In this document: positions 18,340 through 28,483 of the stretch, piece after piece | Numbering within the stretch: the stretch's first letter is position 1 | Layout: the number at the start of each line of letters is the position of its first letter | Source of the DNA: Syntrophus aciditrophicus | Lineage (GTDB): Bacteria; Desulfobacterota; Syntrophia; Syntrophales; UBA5619 | Direction of reading: 5' to 3' | DNA: 45,284 bases | Assembly: GCA_020722315.1 (NCBI GenBank) | Contig: DYLD01000004.1 | Location: 1 to 45,284 of the forward strand | Position numbers and translations under genes: made by a program | The notes under the pieces: model-generated | Databases searched by the model: none | What the model saw: only the letters and a program-made list of their open reading frames with translations | Told to the model about the DNA's origin: nothing

Positions 18340-20268
18340 TTGGAAGTCAACAACGATAATACCGTCCCGTATTTCACCGGCACCATTCCGCAATTATTGG
18401 CCTTTCAGGCCGCATCTCTCAGTAAAGAACAAACTGCCATAAGGGAAAAGGCTTATGGGGTATGGGAAACCTACACCTGGGACGACTATCTGGATTACGT
18501 TAAGAAAGTCGCCCTCGGCCTGATTTCCCTCGGCTTGAAGCGCGGCGAGATTGTCGGGATCATTATGGACAATCATGCTGAATGGCTTTTTGCCGAGCTG
18601 GGAACACAGGCCATTGGCGCAATAAGCCTGAATCTTTTCACTTCAGCGGTTGCCGAGGAGCTTGCCGGGGCCTTAAATCGAGTCAGGGCGGATATTGTTT
18701 TTGTCGAAAACCAGGAACAGGCGGACAAGGTTCTTGCCTTCCGGGATAAATTGGAACATGTAAAAAAGGTTATCTACGTAGACCCGACCGCGATGCATTC
18801 GTATAGCGACGATCCTTGGCTTATTTCCTTCCGTGATTTGCTCGTCATCGGTGAAAAACTTGACTCCGAAAGGCCGCAGTTTTTTAATGAAGAACTGCGG
18901 AAAGGAAACGCTGAGGATACGGCCTTGATGATCCAGACCTCCGGGACGACCGGGGTTCCGAAGATGGCCATGCTGTCCCACCGGAACCTTATCTCGATCG
19001 GAGAGAAATGGAGGATCGCGGTGGATATCAAGCCGGGTGAGAACTGGCTTTCGATGTCCCCGCCGGCCTGGATCGTTGATCAGATGTGGGGCCTAGGAAC
19101 CGCGCTCTGTTCAGGAATGACGATGAATTTCCCGGAAATGCCCGAGACCGTCGTAGAGGATTTCCGGGAGATAGGCCCCTCTCGAATTATTACCGCGTCT
19201 CGCTTCTGGGAAGACATGGCCTCGAAGATCCGCGTCAAAATGGCCGATTCCGGCTTCATCAAACGGTATTTTTTTAAGCGCGCTGAGCAGATAGGACGTA
19301 AGGTCGAGCATATCCGGGTTCAGAAAAAAGACCCACCGGCAGTTTGGAAGTTTCTCTACTGGCTTGCCTCTATTTGTGTTTATCGCCCTCTGCTTGATCG
19401 TATAGGTTGTGCAAACTTTCGCGGGGCCTATACCGGGGGTCATCCTATCAGTCCGGATGTAATAACGTTCTTTCGGGCTATCGGGATGAATCTCAAGCAG
19501 TGTTATGGTTTGACCGAGGGAGGGGGTATCTTTCAGCTCCAGCCGGATGACGAGGTAAAACCGGAGACGGTCGGCAAGCCATTGCCCGGGGTTGAAATAA
19601 AACTGGATGAAAACCAGGAGGTGCTTGTCAAAAGCGACGCGGTATTCCAGGGCTATTATCAGAACCCGCAGGCGACTGAAGCGGCCTTTGCCGATGGATG
19701 GCTCCGCACCGGTGATGCGGGGTATCTGGATCAGGATGGCCACCTCTTGATTATCGGCCGCAAAGAAGAGGTCATCCGGACGAAAAGCGGCGAGGCCTTT
19801 TCTCCGGATTTCATAGAGACGCGGCTTAAATTCAGTCCTTTTATCAAAGAGGCGGTTGTCTTCGGCGAGGGTCGCGAGTTTTTGACGGCTCTGATCAACA
19901 TCGATTTCGGCAATACGGGAAACTGGGCCGAAAAGAGGATGATTCCGTATACAACCTACACGGATCTCTCCCAGCAGAAACCCGTCGAAGAGTTGATCCT
20001 TTCCGAGGTAAGGACTGTTAATCTCCAGTTGCCTGAGGCAATGAAGATACACAAATTTATCCTTCTTTATAAATTGCTTGACGCCGATGATGAGGAACTC
20101 ACCAGAACGGGCAAGGTACGCCGCCGCTATGTATACGAGCTTTATCTGAGACTTATAGAAGGTATGTACAGTCAGCAACGCGAAATCAACGTAAAGGGGA
20201 AGGTACGCTATCGTGACGGCCAGACCGGCGAAATAGATACAACCGTTCGTGTCATTGACGTCATTTAA
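18340..20268 (+). CDS. Long-chain acyl-CoA synthetase (AMP-binding)
   Basis: TSGTTGVPK, YGLTE, WLRTGDAG, ELTRTGKVRR. Confidence 0.92.
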   Translation: MEVNNDNTVPYFTGTIPQLLAFQAASLSKEQTAIREKAYGVWETYTWDDYLDYVKKVALGLISLGLKRGEIVGIIMDNHAEWLFAELGTQAIGAISLNLFTSAVAEELAGALNRVRADIVFVENQEQADKVLAFRDKLEHVKKVIYVDPTAMHSYSDDPWLISFRDLLVIGEKLDSERPQFFNEELRKGNAEDTALMIQTSGTTGVPKMAMLSHRNLISIGEKWRIAVDIKPGENWLSMSPPAWIVDQMWGLGTALCSGMTMNFPEMPETVVEDFREIGPSRIITASRFWEDMASKIRVKMADSGFIKRYFFKRAEQIGRKVEHIRVQKKDPPAVWKFLYWLASICVYRPLLDRIGCANFRGAYTGGHPISPDVITFFRAIGMNLKQCYGLTEGGGIFQLQPDDEVKPETVGKPLPGVEIKLDENQEVLVKSDAVFQGYYQNPQATEAAFADGWLRTGDAGYLDQDGHLLIIGRKEEVIRTKSGEAFSPDFIETRLKFSPFIKEAVVFGEGREFLTALINIDFGNTGNWAEKRMIPYTTYTDLSQQKPVEELILSEVRTVNLQLPEAMKIHKFILLYKLLDADDEELTRTGKVRRRYVYELYLRLIEGMYSQQREINVKGKVRYRDGQTGEIDTTVRVIDVI

Positions 20269-20330
20269 TCCCGTTTTGAACTGCCGTTTCCACACGATTT
20301 TTTGTTTGACAAGGAAAGAGGAGGAACAAA

Positions 20331-21209
20331 TTGGATTTTTTTATGCAGCTTCTGGTTGGGGGGCTTTCGACCGGTTTTGTTTACGGGCTTTCGGCGATGG
20401 GCTTCGTGATGATCTTCAAATCGTCAAGCGTGCTGAACTTTGCCCACGGCGAGCTTATCGCGATAGGGGCCTATTTTTTTCTTATTTTTGTGACATGGGC
20501 GAAACTGCCGCTGGTGCTTGCCTTCTTATTTACGCTGTTTGCCTGTTTTCTGTTGGGGATCTTAATCGAAAGGATTTTCTTAAGGCCGTTGATCGGGGAA
20601 AACTTGATCTTTGTTATTATGCTGACCGTTGGCCTGGCGGCCATGTTCCGGGGGCTGATCCTTCTGTTCTGGGGGGGCAATCTCTATACCTATCCCGACT
20701 TTCTTCCGAAGGCCCTCGGCGTTGATCGGGGCATCGTTCATATACCGCCTGTTTATATGGCAACCCTGATCATCGGGATATTCTTTCTGATTGTATTTGG
20801 GATTTTTTTCAAGTTTTTCTCACAGGGGATCTATATGCGTTCCGTCGCCGACAACCAGCGTGCAGCCCTTTCTTTGGGTGTAAATGTCCGGCGTGTTTTC
20901 GCGCTGTCGTGGGCCATTGCGGCCCTGGTTGCGGGGATGAGCGGTGTTGTTCTCGGGGTCATCAACGGGATAAATGTTCACAATCTTTCGGCTATCGGTT
21001 TGAAGGTCTTTCCGGTCGTCATTCTTGGGGGGCTTGACAGTATCATAGGGGCCATCATCGGAGGCTTGATCATCGGCGTTCTCGAGACATTTACCGGCGG
21101 GTATCTATCCACGTCGCTGCGCGATGTCGTTCCATACATTATCCTGGTCATCATTCTACTGGTCAAGCCTTACGGTTTGTTCGGCTTGACGGAAATCGAA
21201 CGGGTTTAG
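20331..21209 (+). CDS. ABC permease, LivH-like
   Basis: LNFAHGE, multiple TM helices, ILGGLDS, KPYGLFG. Confidence 0.92.
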   Translation: MDFFMQLLVGGLSTGFVYGLSAMGFVMIFKSSSVLNFAHGELIAIGAYFFLIFVTWAKLPLVLAFLFTLFACFLLGILIERIFLRPLIGENLIFVIMLTVGLAAMFRGLILLFWGGNLYTYPDFLPKALGVDRGIVHIPPVYMATLIIGIFFLIVFGIFFKFFSQGIYMRSVADNQRAALSLGVNVRRVFALSWAIAALVAGMSGVVLGVINGINVHNLSAIGLKVFPVVILGGLDSIIGAIIGGLIIGVLETFTGGYLSTSLRDVVPYIILVIILLVKPYGLFGLTEIERV

Positions 21210-21215
21210 AGGGAT

Positions 21216-22286
21216 ATGAAGAAATTTCAATTGCACCCATGCGGCAACTTTTACGAAGACTATGAAAAAATGCTTACGGTCTTTTCGACCGATTTCGGCA
21301 GGGTCTGGGCGGCGATCGGCCTCGTCATTCTTTTTTTGGTGCCGCTTATGCCGGTCAGTCCTTACCTGATTTATGTAATGAATATAACAGGAGTTGCGGT
21401 GATTGCCGCGGTCGGACTGAATATCCTGACCGGTTTTGCAGGGCAGCTATCCTTGGGACACGGCGCATTCTTCGGACTTGGCGCCTATGCGGGTGCCATT
21501 TTAGGAACAACGCTGCATGTCCCGATGCTTTTATCGATACTCGGCGCCGGCCTGATTACGGCCGGAATCGGCATGATATTCGGTGCTCCGTCCGGACGTC
21601 TGAAAGGTCTTTATCTGACCATCGCGACGCTGGCGGGTCAGATTATCATTGAATATGTTCTGATCCACTGGGAATCCCTGACGAAAGGAACGATGGGACT
21701 CACGTTGCCCGTTCCTGTTTTTTTTGGTTTTCGTTTTCAAGGTGATATCCCTTTTTATTACCTGATTTTTGCGTTCACCGCGCTGATGATCTGGATCGCC
21801 ATCAATTTGATCCGTACGCGTTTCGGCAGGGCATGGATCGCGATTCGGGATAATGACCGGGCGGCGGAAGGTATGGGAATACCGATTTTCACTTACAAGG
21901 TTTTTGCCTTTGCGATCAGTTCATTCTATGCGGGATTTGCCGGTGCGCTGTGGGCATATTACATGGGGAGCATTACTACGGAGCCGTTCAATATCATGCT
22001 CTCCGTCGAGTATTTGGCAATGGTCATTATCGGAGGATTGGGAAGTATCTCCGGGTCCGTTTTCGGCGCCGTATTCATTACGATGCTTAACGAGTTATTA
22101 CGCCTGATAACCGATTTCCTTATGAACAGCGCGATCGGTTCACATCTGGGATTGACAATAGCGCCTCTCAGGGAGTTTTTCTTCGGGGCTGCCATTGTTT
22201 TGTTTATACTGTTTGAACCCCGTGGGCTGGCGGAGGAATGGCGGATCATCCGTTCGAGTTTTCGCCTCTGGCCTTTCTCTTACTGA
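21216..22286 (+). CDS. ABC permease, LivM-like
   Basis: GQLSLGHGAF, GLYLTIATLA, GRAWIAIRDN, EPRGL. Confidence 0.92.
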   Translation: MKKFQLHPCGNFYEDYEKMLTVFSTDFGRVWAAIGLVILFLVPLMPVSPYLIYVMNITGVAVIAAVGLNILTGFAGQLSLGHGAFFGLGAYAGAILGTTLHVPMLLSILGAGLITAGIGMIFGAPSGRLKGLYLTIATLAGQIIIEYVLIHWESLTKGTMGLTLPVPVFFGFRFQGDIPFYYLIFAFTALMIWIAINLIRTRFGRAWIAIRDNDRAAEGMGIPIFTYKVFAFAISSFYAGFAGALWAYYMGSITTEPFNIMLSVEYLAMVIIGGLGSISGSVFGAVFITMLNELLRLITDFLMNSAIGSHLGLTIAPLREFFFGAAIVLFILFEPRGLAEEWRIIRSSFRLWPFSY

Positions 22287-22297
22287 GGGTTGCTTTC

Positions 22298-23098
22298 ATG
22301 GAAGAAAAACTGTTGCAGTTGAATAACATATCCGTTGTCTATTCCGACGTCATTCAGGTCCTCAAGGGTGTTTCCCTGTCGGTTGAGAAGAAACAGATCG
22401 TTTCGTTGCTGGGAAGCAACGGTGCAGGGAAGACAACCACGTTGAAGGCCATATCAGGGCTCCTTAAACCGGAAAACGGTGCGGTAACGGAGGGGGCAAT
22501 TCTCTATAAAGGAAAGGCGATGCAGAACCGTTCGCCGGAGGAAATCACGCGCAACGGCATTATACAGGTTCTCGAAGGCAGGCAGCCGTTCAAGTATCTG
22601 ACGATAGAGGAGAACCTCCGGGTCGGAACGGCGACAAGGATGGGGAAACCTTATCGTGAAGATCTGGAAAAAGTATATCATTATTTTCCCGCGCTACGGA
22701 GAATGACCAAGAAACTGGCCGGATACTGCAGCGGCGGCGAATTACAGATGCTTGTCATCGGGCGCGGGCTGATGGCCCATCCCGAACTGCTTCTTCTGGA
22801 TGAACCGTCCCTCGGGCTTGCGCCCATTCTTGTACGTGAAATTTTCGGCATCATCAAAAGGATCAATGAGGAAGAAGGCACAACGATTATCCTTGTCGAA
22901 CAAAACGCCCGTATGGCTTTAAAGATTGCCACCTATGCCTATGTCATGGAAAACGGGAAAATCGTTATGGAGGGTTCGGCGGACGCGATGAGAGAAAACC
23001 CCGACGTGAAAGAGTTCTACCTCGGCATGTCTCTCTCCGGGGGCGCCAAATCCTACGAGAACGTCAAATCCTACAAACGCCGGAAAAGATGGCTTTAA
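22298..23098 (+). CDS. ABC ATP-binding protein, LivF-like
   Basis: GSNGAGKT, SGGELQML, LDEPSLGLAP, VEQN. Start moved to ATG 22298 (after GAGGG) to avoid overlapping the permease. Confidence 0.92.
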   Translation: MEEKLLQLNNISVVYSDVIQVLKGVSLSVEKKQIVSLLGSNGAGKTTTLKAISGLLKPENGAVTEGAILYKGKAMQNRSPEEITRNGIIQVLEGRQPFKYLTIEENLRVGTATRMGKPYREDLEKVYHYFPALRRMTKKLAGYCSGGELQMLVIGRGLMAHPELLLLDEPSLGLAPILVREIFGIIKRINEEEGTTIILVEQNARMALKIATYAYVMENGKIVMEGSADAMRENPDVKEFYLGMSLSGGAKSYENVKSYKRRKRWL

Positions 23099-24843
23099 TC
23101 AATTGACGGTGCTTTTTTTATCGCCGCATCTTTCAGTTTCAGCTGAATCGCATCGGTTCCATTCCAGGTGTTTATCTGCGGCGTGAAGACTATATCCAGT
23201 ATCGACTGTTTGATTTCCGGGAAGTACTGGCCCTTGCTGAACCATATCGAGTCCCTGTAGATGCCGTTGTGACCGATGCGCATCTTTAAATGGTTGTTTC
23301 CAACGATATAAGGATCCAAGATGCTGACATCTCTTGTACAGAGAACCGGTTCCGGATTGCCGGTTCCAAACGGCGCAAGTGTCCTGATTTCCGTAAGCAG
23401 TTCATGGCTTATATCTGTAAGGAGGCATTGGGCATCAATCGTGGTTGAAATCTCAAAATCGCTTCCTTGAAAATATTCATTAATAATATCGTTAAGTTGT
23501 TTCGAGAAGGGCGGGATATCGTCCTCTTTAATGAGAAGACCGGCGGCATAGCGGTGACCGCCATAGGCGACGAGGTGTGATTCGCAACGTTTGATCCCCT
23601 CGAAAAGATTAAAATCCGCCGCGCTGCGCCCTGATCCCTTGCCCAGACCATCTTTAAGGCTAATAAGGATCGCAGGTTTTCCGAAGCGATCGACCAGTTT
23701 CGAGGCGACGATCCCGATAACTCCGGGATGCCAATCCGGCGAGGAGAAGACCAGTGATTCGTTTTGAACGTTCGTTTTGGTGATCGTCTCAATCAATTCA
23801 CTAAACATGGCCTGTTCCATTAATTGTCTCTTTTTGTTGAATCCTTCCAGTTTCAGCGCAATATCCTTCGCCTCTTTAGGGTTTTCGGAAAGCAAAAGCT
23901 CTACCGCGTAGCGGGCTGAGGCAATCCTGCCTGCTGCGTTTATTCTCGGAATGAGTGCAAATGAAGCCTTGCTTGATTCGATTTCCTTTCCTTCCAGGCC
24001 GCAGACTGTTTTCAGGGCGGCTATTCCTGTTCTGAACCCCTCGGATATCAACTCCAGGCCGAATTTGGCAAATATCCGATTTTCGTCGACAAGGGGGACT
24101 ATATCGCCGATCGTGCCCAGTGCGACCAGGTCGAGATAGTCCTTTAAATTTGGGTATTTGTTCTTGCTCCAGAATCCCTCGCTGCGCAGGGTGCCCCGAA
24201 GCGCAATCAGAAAGTTAAAAACAATGCCTACGGCGGCAAGGTCTTTAAACGGAAAATGACAATCAGGGCGCTTGGGATTTACAATCGCCGTCGCGGGTGG
24301 GAGAGAGGACGACGGTTCATGATGATCGAGTATGATCACATCCATACCCATCCGCCTGGCCAGGGATATCTCCTCGTGATTGGCCATGCCGCAGTCGACA
24401 GTAATGATAAGCCCCGTTCCTTCTGCGTGGAATCGTTCAATCGCCGCGCAATTGAGACCGTAACCCTCGGATATTCTATCCGGTATATAGAAAGTTACCG
24501 CTTCGTGAATTTTTCTAATGAAATGGAAAAGGGCGGCGACGGATGTAACCCCATCGGCGTCGTAATCCCCGTAGATTACAATCCTTTCTTTCCGATGTAA
24601 GGCTGTAGTCATTCTGCCGACAGCCTTTTTCATATCCTGCATCAAAAAGGGATTGTGAAGATCGTAAAGCGATGGGGATAGGTAACGTTTGATGCCTTCA
24701 GCATCGCCTGTTTGACGGTTCAGGATGATCTTTGAAACAATGGGACTGACGCCGAACTCCCGAACCACCGCCTCTTGGGCTTTTTTGTCTTCATCCGGCA
24801 GGAGCCAGCGGGTTTTTGGAAGATCCTGGAGGGACATGTGCAA
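23095..24843 (-). CDS. recJ: Single-stranded DNA exonuclease RecJ
   Basis: YGDYDADG, TVDCG, LDHH, PRINAAGR, GSGRS, GGH, PFG.GNPEP. Confidence 0.96.
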   Translation of the reverse strand: MHMSLQDLPKTRWLLPDEDKKAQEAVVREFGVSPIVSKIILNRQTGDAEGIKRYLSPSLYDLHNPFLMQDMKKAVGRMTTALHRKERIVIYGDYDADGVTSVAALFHFIRKIHEAVTFYIPDRISEGYGLNCAAIERFHAEGTGLIITVDCGMANHEEISLARRMGMDVIILDHHEPSSSLPPATAIVNPKRPDCHFPFKDLAAVGIVFNFLIALRGTLRSEGFWSKNKYPNLKDYLDLVALGTIGDIVPLVDENRIFAKFGLELISEGFRTGIAALKTVCGLEGKEIESSKASFALIPRINAAGRIASARYAVELLLSENPKEAKDIALKLEGFNKKRQLMEQAMFSELIETITKTNVQNESLVFSSPDWHPGVIGIVASKLVDRFGKPAILISLKDGLGKGSGRSAADFNLFEGIKRCESHLVAYGGHRYAAGLLIKEDDIPPFSKQLNDIINEYFQGSDFEISTTIDAQCLLTDISHELLTEIRTLAPFGTGNPEPVLCTRDVSILDPYIVGNNHLKMRIGHNGIYRDSIWFSKGQYFPEIKQSILDIVFTPQINTWNGTDAIQLKLKDAAIKKAPSID

Positions 24844-24904
24844 ACCAGACTGAAATTCTCGAAAATTTGGGATGTACCCGGCCTCGTCTGGTTTTGAAAG
24901 ATGT

Positions 24905-25102
24905 TCAGGCAGCCTTTTTGACTAAACCTGACTTTAGGCACCGTGTGCAAACCCTCATGCGTTTAACTTCTCCTGTTAGCTTATCCACACACCTAACCTT
25001 ATGAAGGTTTGGCTGCCATATCTTGAGGTTTTTGTTGTTCGCGTGACTTACTTTATGCCCTTTTAACGGTTTTTTGCCGCATATCTCACAAGCTCTTGAC
25101 AT
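24905..25102 (-). CDS. rpmB: 50S ribosomal protein L28, Cys-containing form
   Basis: [19 protein letters not shown]...W.PNL...VCTRCLKSG. Confidence 0.96.
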   Translation of the reverse strand: MSRACEICGKKPLKGHKVSHANNKNLKIWQPNLHKVRCVDKLTGEVKRMRVCTRCLKSGLVKKAA

Positions 25103-25134
25103 ATTCTATGGCTCCCCCGATGCAAAGTTGTTGA

Positions 25135-25163
25135 AGCTTAAATTAAATCAGATAAGATTGCAA
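25135..25163 (-). promoter_or_regulatory. Sigma70-type promoter for rpmB(-recJ)
   Basis: TTGCAA (25163-25158), 17 nt spacer, TAAGCT (25140-25135). Confidence 0.6.
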
Positions 25164-25170
25164 GCATTTT

Positions 25171-26484
25171 TTAGTCGTTTTTCAGAGAAGGAGGCTGACC
25201 GGTAGCTTCAAGAACCCTCATCCAGATATTTCCCTGCGGGTCGAGGGTTGTGCCGGATGATATCGCTTTCAGGGGAATGTGGACATATTCGTCCTTGACA
25301 AGCCCGACAAGCATGCCCGTTTTCCCGGCCATTCCTGCATGAACGGCATACTGTCCGAGAGCGGCGCAATATCTGCTATCGGATGCGTTTGCAGGGACAC
25401 TCCGGATCATATAACTCGGATCTATGTATTTCAGGTTGATCTCGATGCCCAAATGGTTGAAGTGATTCTCGATCTTATTCTTAAGAAAGGCGCCGATGTC
25501 AAGCAGGCGGATGTTTCCGGAGGCATCTGTTTGTTTTGTTTGTCCTGTGTGTTTAAGATGCTCCTGTCCGGCACCTTCGGCAACCAGGATGACGCAATGG
25601 GAACTGGCTTTAAGTCTTTTTTCCAGAGCCTTCAGAAGACCCTTTTCACCCTCGAGATCGAACGGGACTTCGGGGATCAAAACGAAATTGACGTCGTTTT
25701 GCGCCAGCGCGGCGCACGCCGCAATGTGTCCGGCTTCCCGTCCCATAATTTTGACCAGACCGATCCCGTTGGGGGCGCCTTTTGCCTCGACATGGGCGCA
25801 TTGAATCGCCTTGACTGATTCGGATACAGCCGTCTCGAAACCAAATGATTTCTGTATAAGGCTGAGGTCATTGTCGATGGTTTTAGGTATTCCTATAACG
25901 CCGATAGCGAGCCCCCGCCGCGTGAGCTCGTCGGTGATACCCTCCGCGGCCCTCATCGTTCCATCTCCACCGATGCAAAAGAGGAGGTCGACGTTCATCC
26001 TTTTCAGGGCATTGACTATTTCGTTGACATCCTGTCGTCCGCGGGACGAAGAGAGTATCGAACCGCCAAGATTGTTTATGTCTTTTACAACATCCGGTGT
26101 GAGCTGGACTACGGGATGGCCGAACTTGGGAATGAATCCCTGGAACCCATAGCGGATCCCGATCACGTTGTGTACACCGTATCTGTAGTGCAGTTCCATC
26201 ACAAGGGAGCGGATAACATCATTGATTCCGGGACACAGTCCTCCGCAGGTCACTATTGCGGCCTTTGTTTTTGAGGGGTCGAAGAATATTTTCTCGCGGG
26301 GTCCGGCAACCTCGTACGACAGAGGCGTTCCGTCAGGAGATTTGACGGAATCATACTCGTCGAGATAGGTATTGAAAAGCAATCTCTTTGTTTCGGGAAT
26401 GAAGTAACTTACGACGAGCGGCGATGGTATCGAGCATTCTCCAAGCGTCGGAATTTCAAGAGTCAAAGGGATGTTTTTTTGCAT
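25171..26484 (-). CDS. pfkA: 6-phosphofructokinase, group X type, probably ATP-dependent
   Basis: TCGGLCPG, GGDGT (Gly at the phosphate-donor determinant), PKTIDND, MGR, YIDPSYMIRS. Confidence 0.88.
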   Translation of the reverse strand: MQKNIPLTLEIPTLGECSIPSPLVVSYFIPETKRLLFNTYLDEYDSVKSPDGTPLSYEVAGPREKIFFDPSKTKAAIVTCGGLCPGINDVIRSLVMELHYRYGVHNVIGIRYGFQGFIPKFGHPVVQLTPDVVKDINNLGGSILSSSRGRQDVNEIVNALKRMNVDLLFCIGGDGTMRAAEGITDELTRRGLAIGVIGIPKTIDNDLSLIQKSFGFETAVSESVKAIQCAHVEAKGAPNGIGLVKIMGREAGHIAACAALAQNDVNFVLIPEVPFDLEGEKGLLKALEKRLKASSHCVILVAEGAGQEHLKHTGQTKQTDASGNIRLLDIGAFLKNKIENHFNHLGIEINLKYIDPSYMIRSVPANASDSRYCAALGQYAVHAGMAGKTGMLVGLVKDEYVHIPLKAISSGTTLDPQGNIWMRVLEATGQPPSLKND

Positions 26485-26537
26485 CGGATATACCTCAAAT
26501 TCTATCGGCGACTAAACCCGTTTGAGCGACATCCTTT

Positions 26538-27266
26538 CTACCCGGGACCAAGAGCGAATTGATTCATAAGAGGTGGATTGTAGAGGGGTTTTTCGGGGCT
26601 GCGAGGTATGCCTTGGATTCTAACCTTCCGTCCGATGACGTCTATTTTACCCTCGGCATAATACTGGATGGCCTGCGGGTAGATGCGGTGCTCTTCTTTT
26701 AAAATACGTTCAGCAAGGCTTTCTCCGTTATCGTCGTCATAAACAGGGACGACGGCTTGTATGATAATAGGCCCGGTATCCATTCCTTCGTCGGCAAAAT
26801 GGACGGTGCATCCAGAAAATCTGACCCCATAATCCGCCGCCTTCTTTTGTGCGTGGATGCCGGGGAAAGAGGGCAGCAGCGCCGGGTGGATGTTCATGAT
26901 CTTCATCGGGAAAGCCTTGAAGAATACCGGGGTGAGGACCCTCATGAAACCCGCCATCGCGACGAGCTCTACCTTTGAGTCGGCCAGAATTTCTATCATC
27001 CGCCTGTCGAAGGCCTCCCTGGTTTGAAAATCTCTGTGATCCACGACAGCCGTGCGGATATTGTGTTTTCTGCACCTTTCAAGCGCGTAAGCTTCTGGAT
27101 TATTGCTGATGACGATGCGTATCTCTGCGTCAAGCGTCCCGTCTTCTATGCGGTCTATTAGAGATTGCAGATTGGAACCGTTTCCGGAAACGAGTATGCC
27201 GAGAGGGATTTTTCGTTTCTGTGTTTTGGTTCCCCCGGTTTCAAATGTAACAAACGGCTCTTCCAT
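26538..27266 (-). CDS. purN: Phosphoribosylglycinamide formyltransferase
   Basis: SGNGSNLQ, AGFMR, NIHPALLPSFPG, DTGPII. Confidence 0.96.
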   Translation of the reverse strand: MEEPFVTFETGGTKTQKRKIPLGILVSGNGSNLQSLIDRIEDGTLDAEIRIVISNNPEAYALERCRKHNIRTAVVDHRDFQTREAFDRRMIEILADSKVELVAMAGFMRVLTPVFFKAFPMKIMNIHPALLPSFPGIHAQKKAADYGVRFSGCTVHFADEGMDTGPIIIQAVVPVYDDDNGESLAERILKEEHRIYPQAIQYYAEGKIDVIGRKVRIQGIPRSPEKPLYNPPLMNQFALGPG

Positions 27267-28305
27267 CGCCCTCTCTCTTTTCTATCGTTCCCAGTGAATA
27301 GGCGTTTTCCCCCAGTTTTTCCAGACGATCGATGATTTCGGTTTCGTCGTTTTTTGCGACGATCAGAATCATTCCGATCCCCATGTTGAATACGCGGAAC
27401 ATTTCTGCTTCGTCAACCTTTCCGATTTCTTTGATCAGATGAAAGATCGGTGGAACAGGCCAGCTTTTCTTCTCGATAATGCTGCAGCATTGCGCGGGCA
27501 CGATGCGGGGTATGTTTTCGGTAAATCCTCCTCCGGTAATATGGACGATCCCATGGATGTGAAAGTTCTTTGCGATATTAAGAACCGGTTTCACGTAGAT
27601 TTTTGTCGGCCTGAGCAGTTCAAGTCCAAGAATTTCGTCAAATCCTTCCGGCTTATCCGTAGGCTTTAACTTGCCCTGTTCGAAAAGGATATGCCTGCAC
27701 AGAGAAAAACCGTTGCTGTGCAGACCTGAAGAGGCTATCCCGATGATCCGGTCGCCGACCCGGACTTCGGAGCCGTCGATTAACCTCTCCGCCTCGACGA
27801 CGCCGACACAGAAACCGGCGAGATCATATTCGCCGGGCTTGTAGAATCCGGGCATCTCCGCTGTTTCCCCTCCAATCAGGCAACAGCCGGCATCCGCGCA
27901 GCCCTTGACGATCCCCTCGACTATTTTAACGGATCTATCCACATCCAGTTTGCCGGTCGCCAGGTAATCGAGAAAGAAAAGCGGTTCGGCGCCCTGAACA
28001 ATAATATCGTTTACAGACATCGCAACCAGATCTATTCCGATTGTGTCGTGCTTGTTCATCAGTTGGGCTATCTTAACCTTCGTTCCGACGCCGTCGGTCG
28101 AAGAGACAAGAATCGGGTCTTTGATTCTTTTAATATCAAGATGGAAAAGCCCGCCAAAACCCCCTATGCCGCCGACCATCTCTCTGCGAGCGGTTTTTTT
28201 GATCAGAGGTTTAATTTTTTCTACAAACGAATTGGCCGCGTCAATATCAACTCCCGAATCCGCATATGTTGTTTCCTTTGTCATTTTCGAATTCATTCCC
28301 TCCAA
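27241..28305 (-). CDS. purM: AIR synthase
   Basis: YADSGVDI, TDGVGTK, GGETAEMPG, HSNGFSL, HITGGG, FNMGIG. Start may be 28296 or 28284. Confidence 0.96.
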   Translation of the reverse strand: MEGMNSKMTKETTYADSGVDIDAANSFVEKIKPLIKKTARREMVGGIGGFGGLFHLDIKRIKDPILVSSTDGVGTKVKIAQLMNKHDTIGIDLVAMSVNDIIVQGAEPLFFLDYLATGKLDVDRSVKIVEGIVKGCADAGCCLIGGETAEMPGFYKPGEYDLAGFCVGVVEAERLIDGSEVRVGDRIIGIASSGLHSNGFSLCRHILFEQGKLKPTDKPEGFDEILGLELLRPTKIYVKPVLNIAKNFHIHGIVHITGGGFTENIPRIVPAQCCSIIEKKSWPVPPIFHLIKEIGKVDEAEMFRVFNMGIGMILIVAKNDETEIIDRLEKLGENAYSLGTIEKREGDGRAVCYI

Positions 28306-28380
28306 AGCTTCAACCGCTTTCGCGGATCATGACTCTTTTACCGTTGCGACAGTATTGCAAAAGCCTTATGTGTCTTATAT

Positions 28381-28409
28381 ACTTTAACGTAGTCGTTGCT
28401 GAAAGTCAA
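28381..28409 (-). promoter_or_regulatory. Sigma70-type promoter for purM-purN
   Basis: TTGACT (28409-28404), 17 nt spacer, TAAAGT (28386-28381). Confidence 0.6.
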
Positions 28410-28483
28410 ACCTTTCCTTGTCAGGCTGAGAGGTCTCTGTTTGTGGGTTCTCTGTATCGATTGGAAGATATATCCCGGGTATT

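Noticed and set aside
19111-20295. 394-aa minus-strand ORF
   Set aside because: Antisense to the acyl-CoA ligase; explained by sense-strand codon bias
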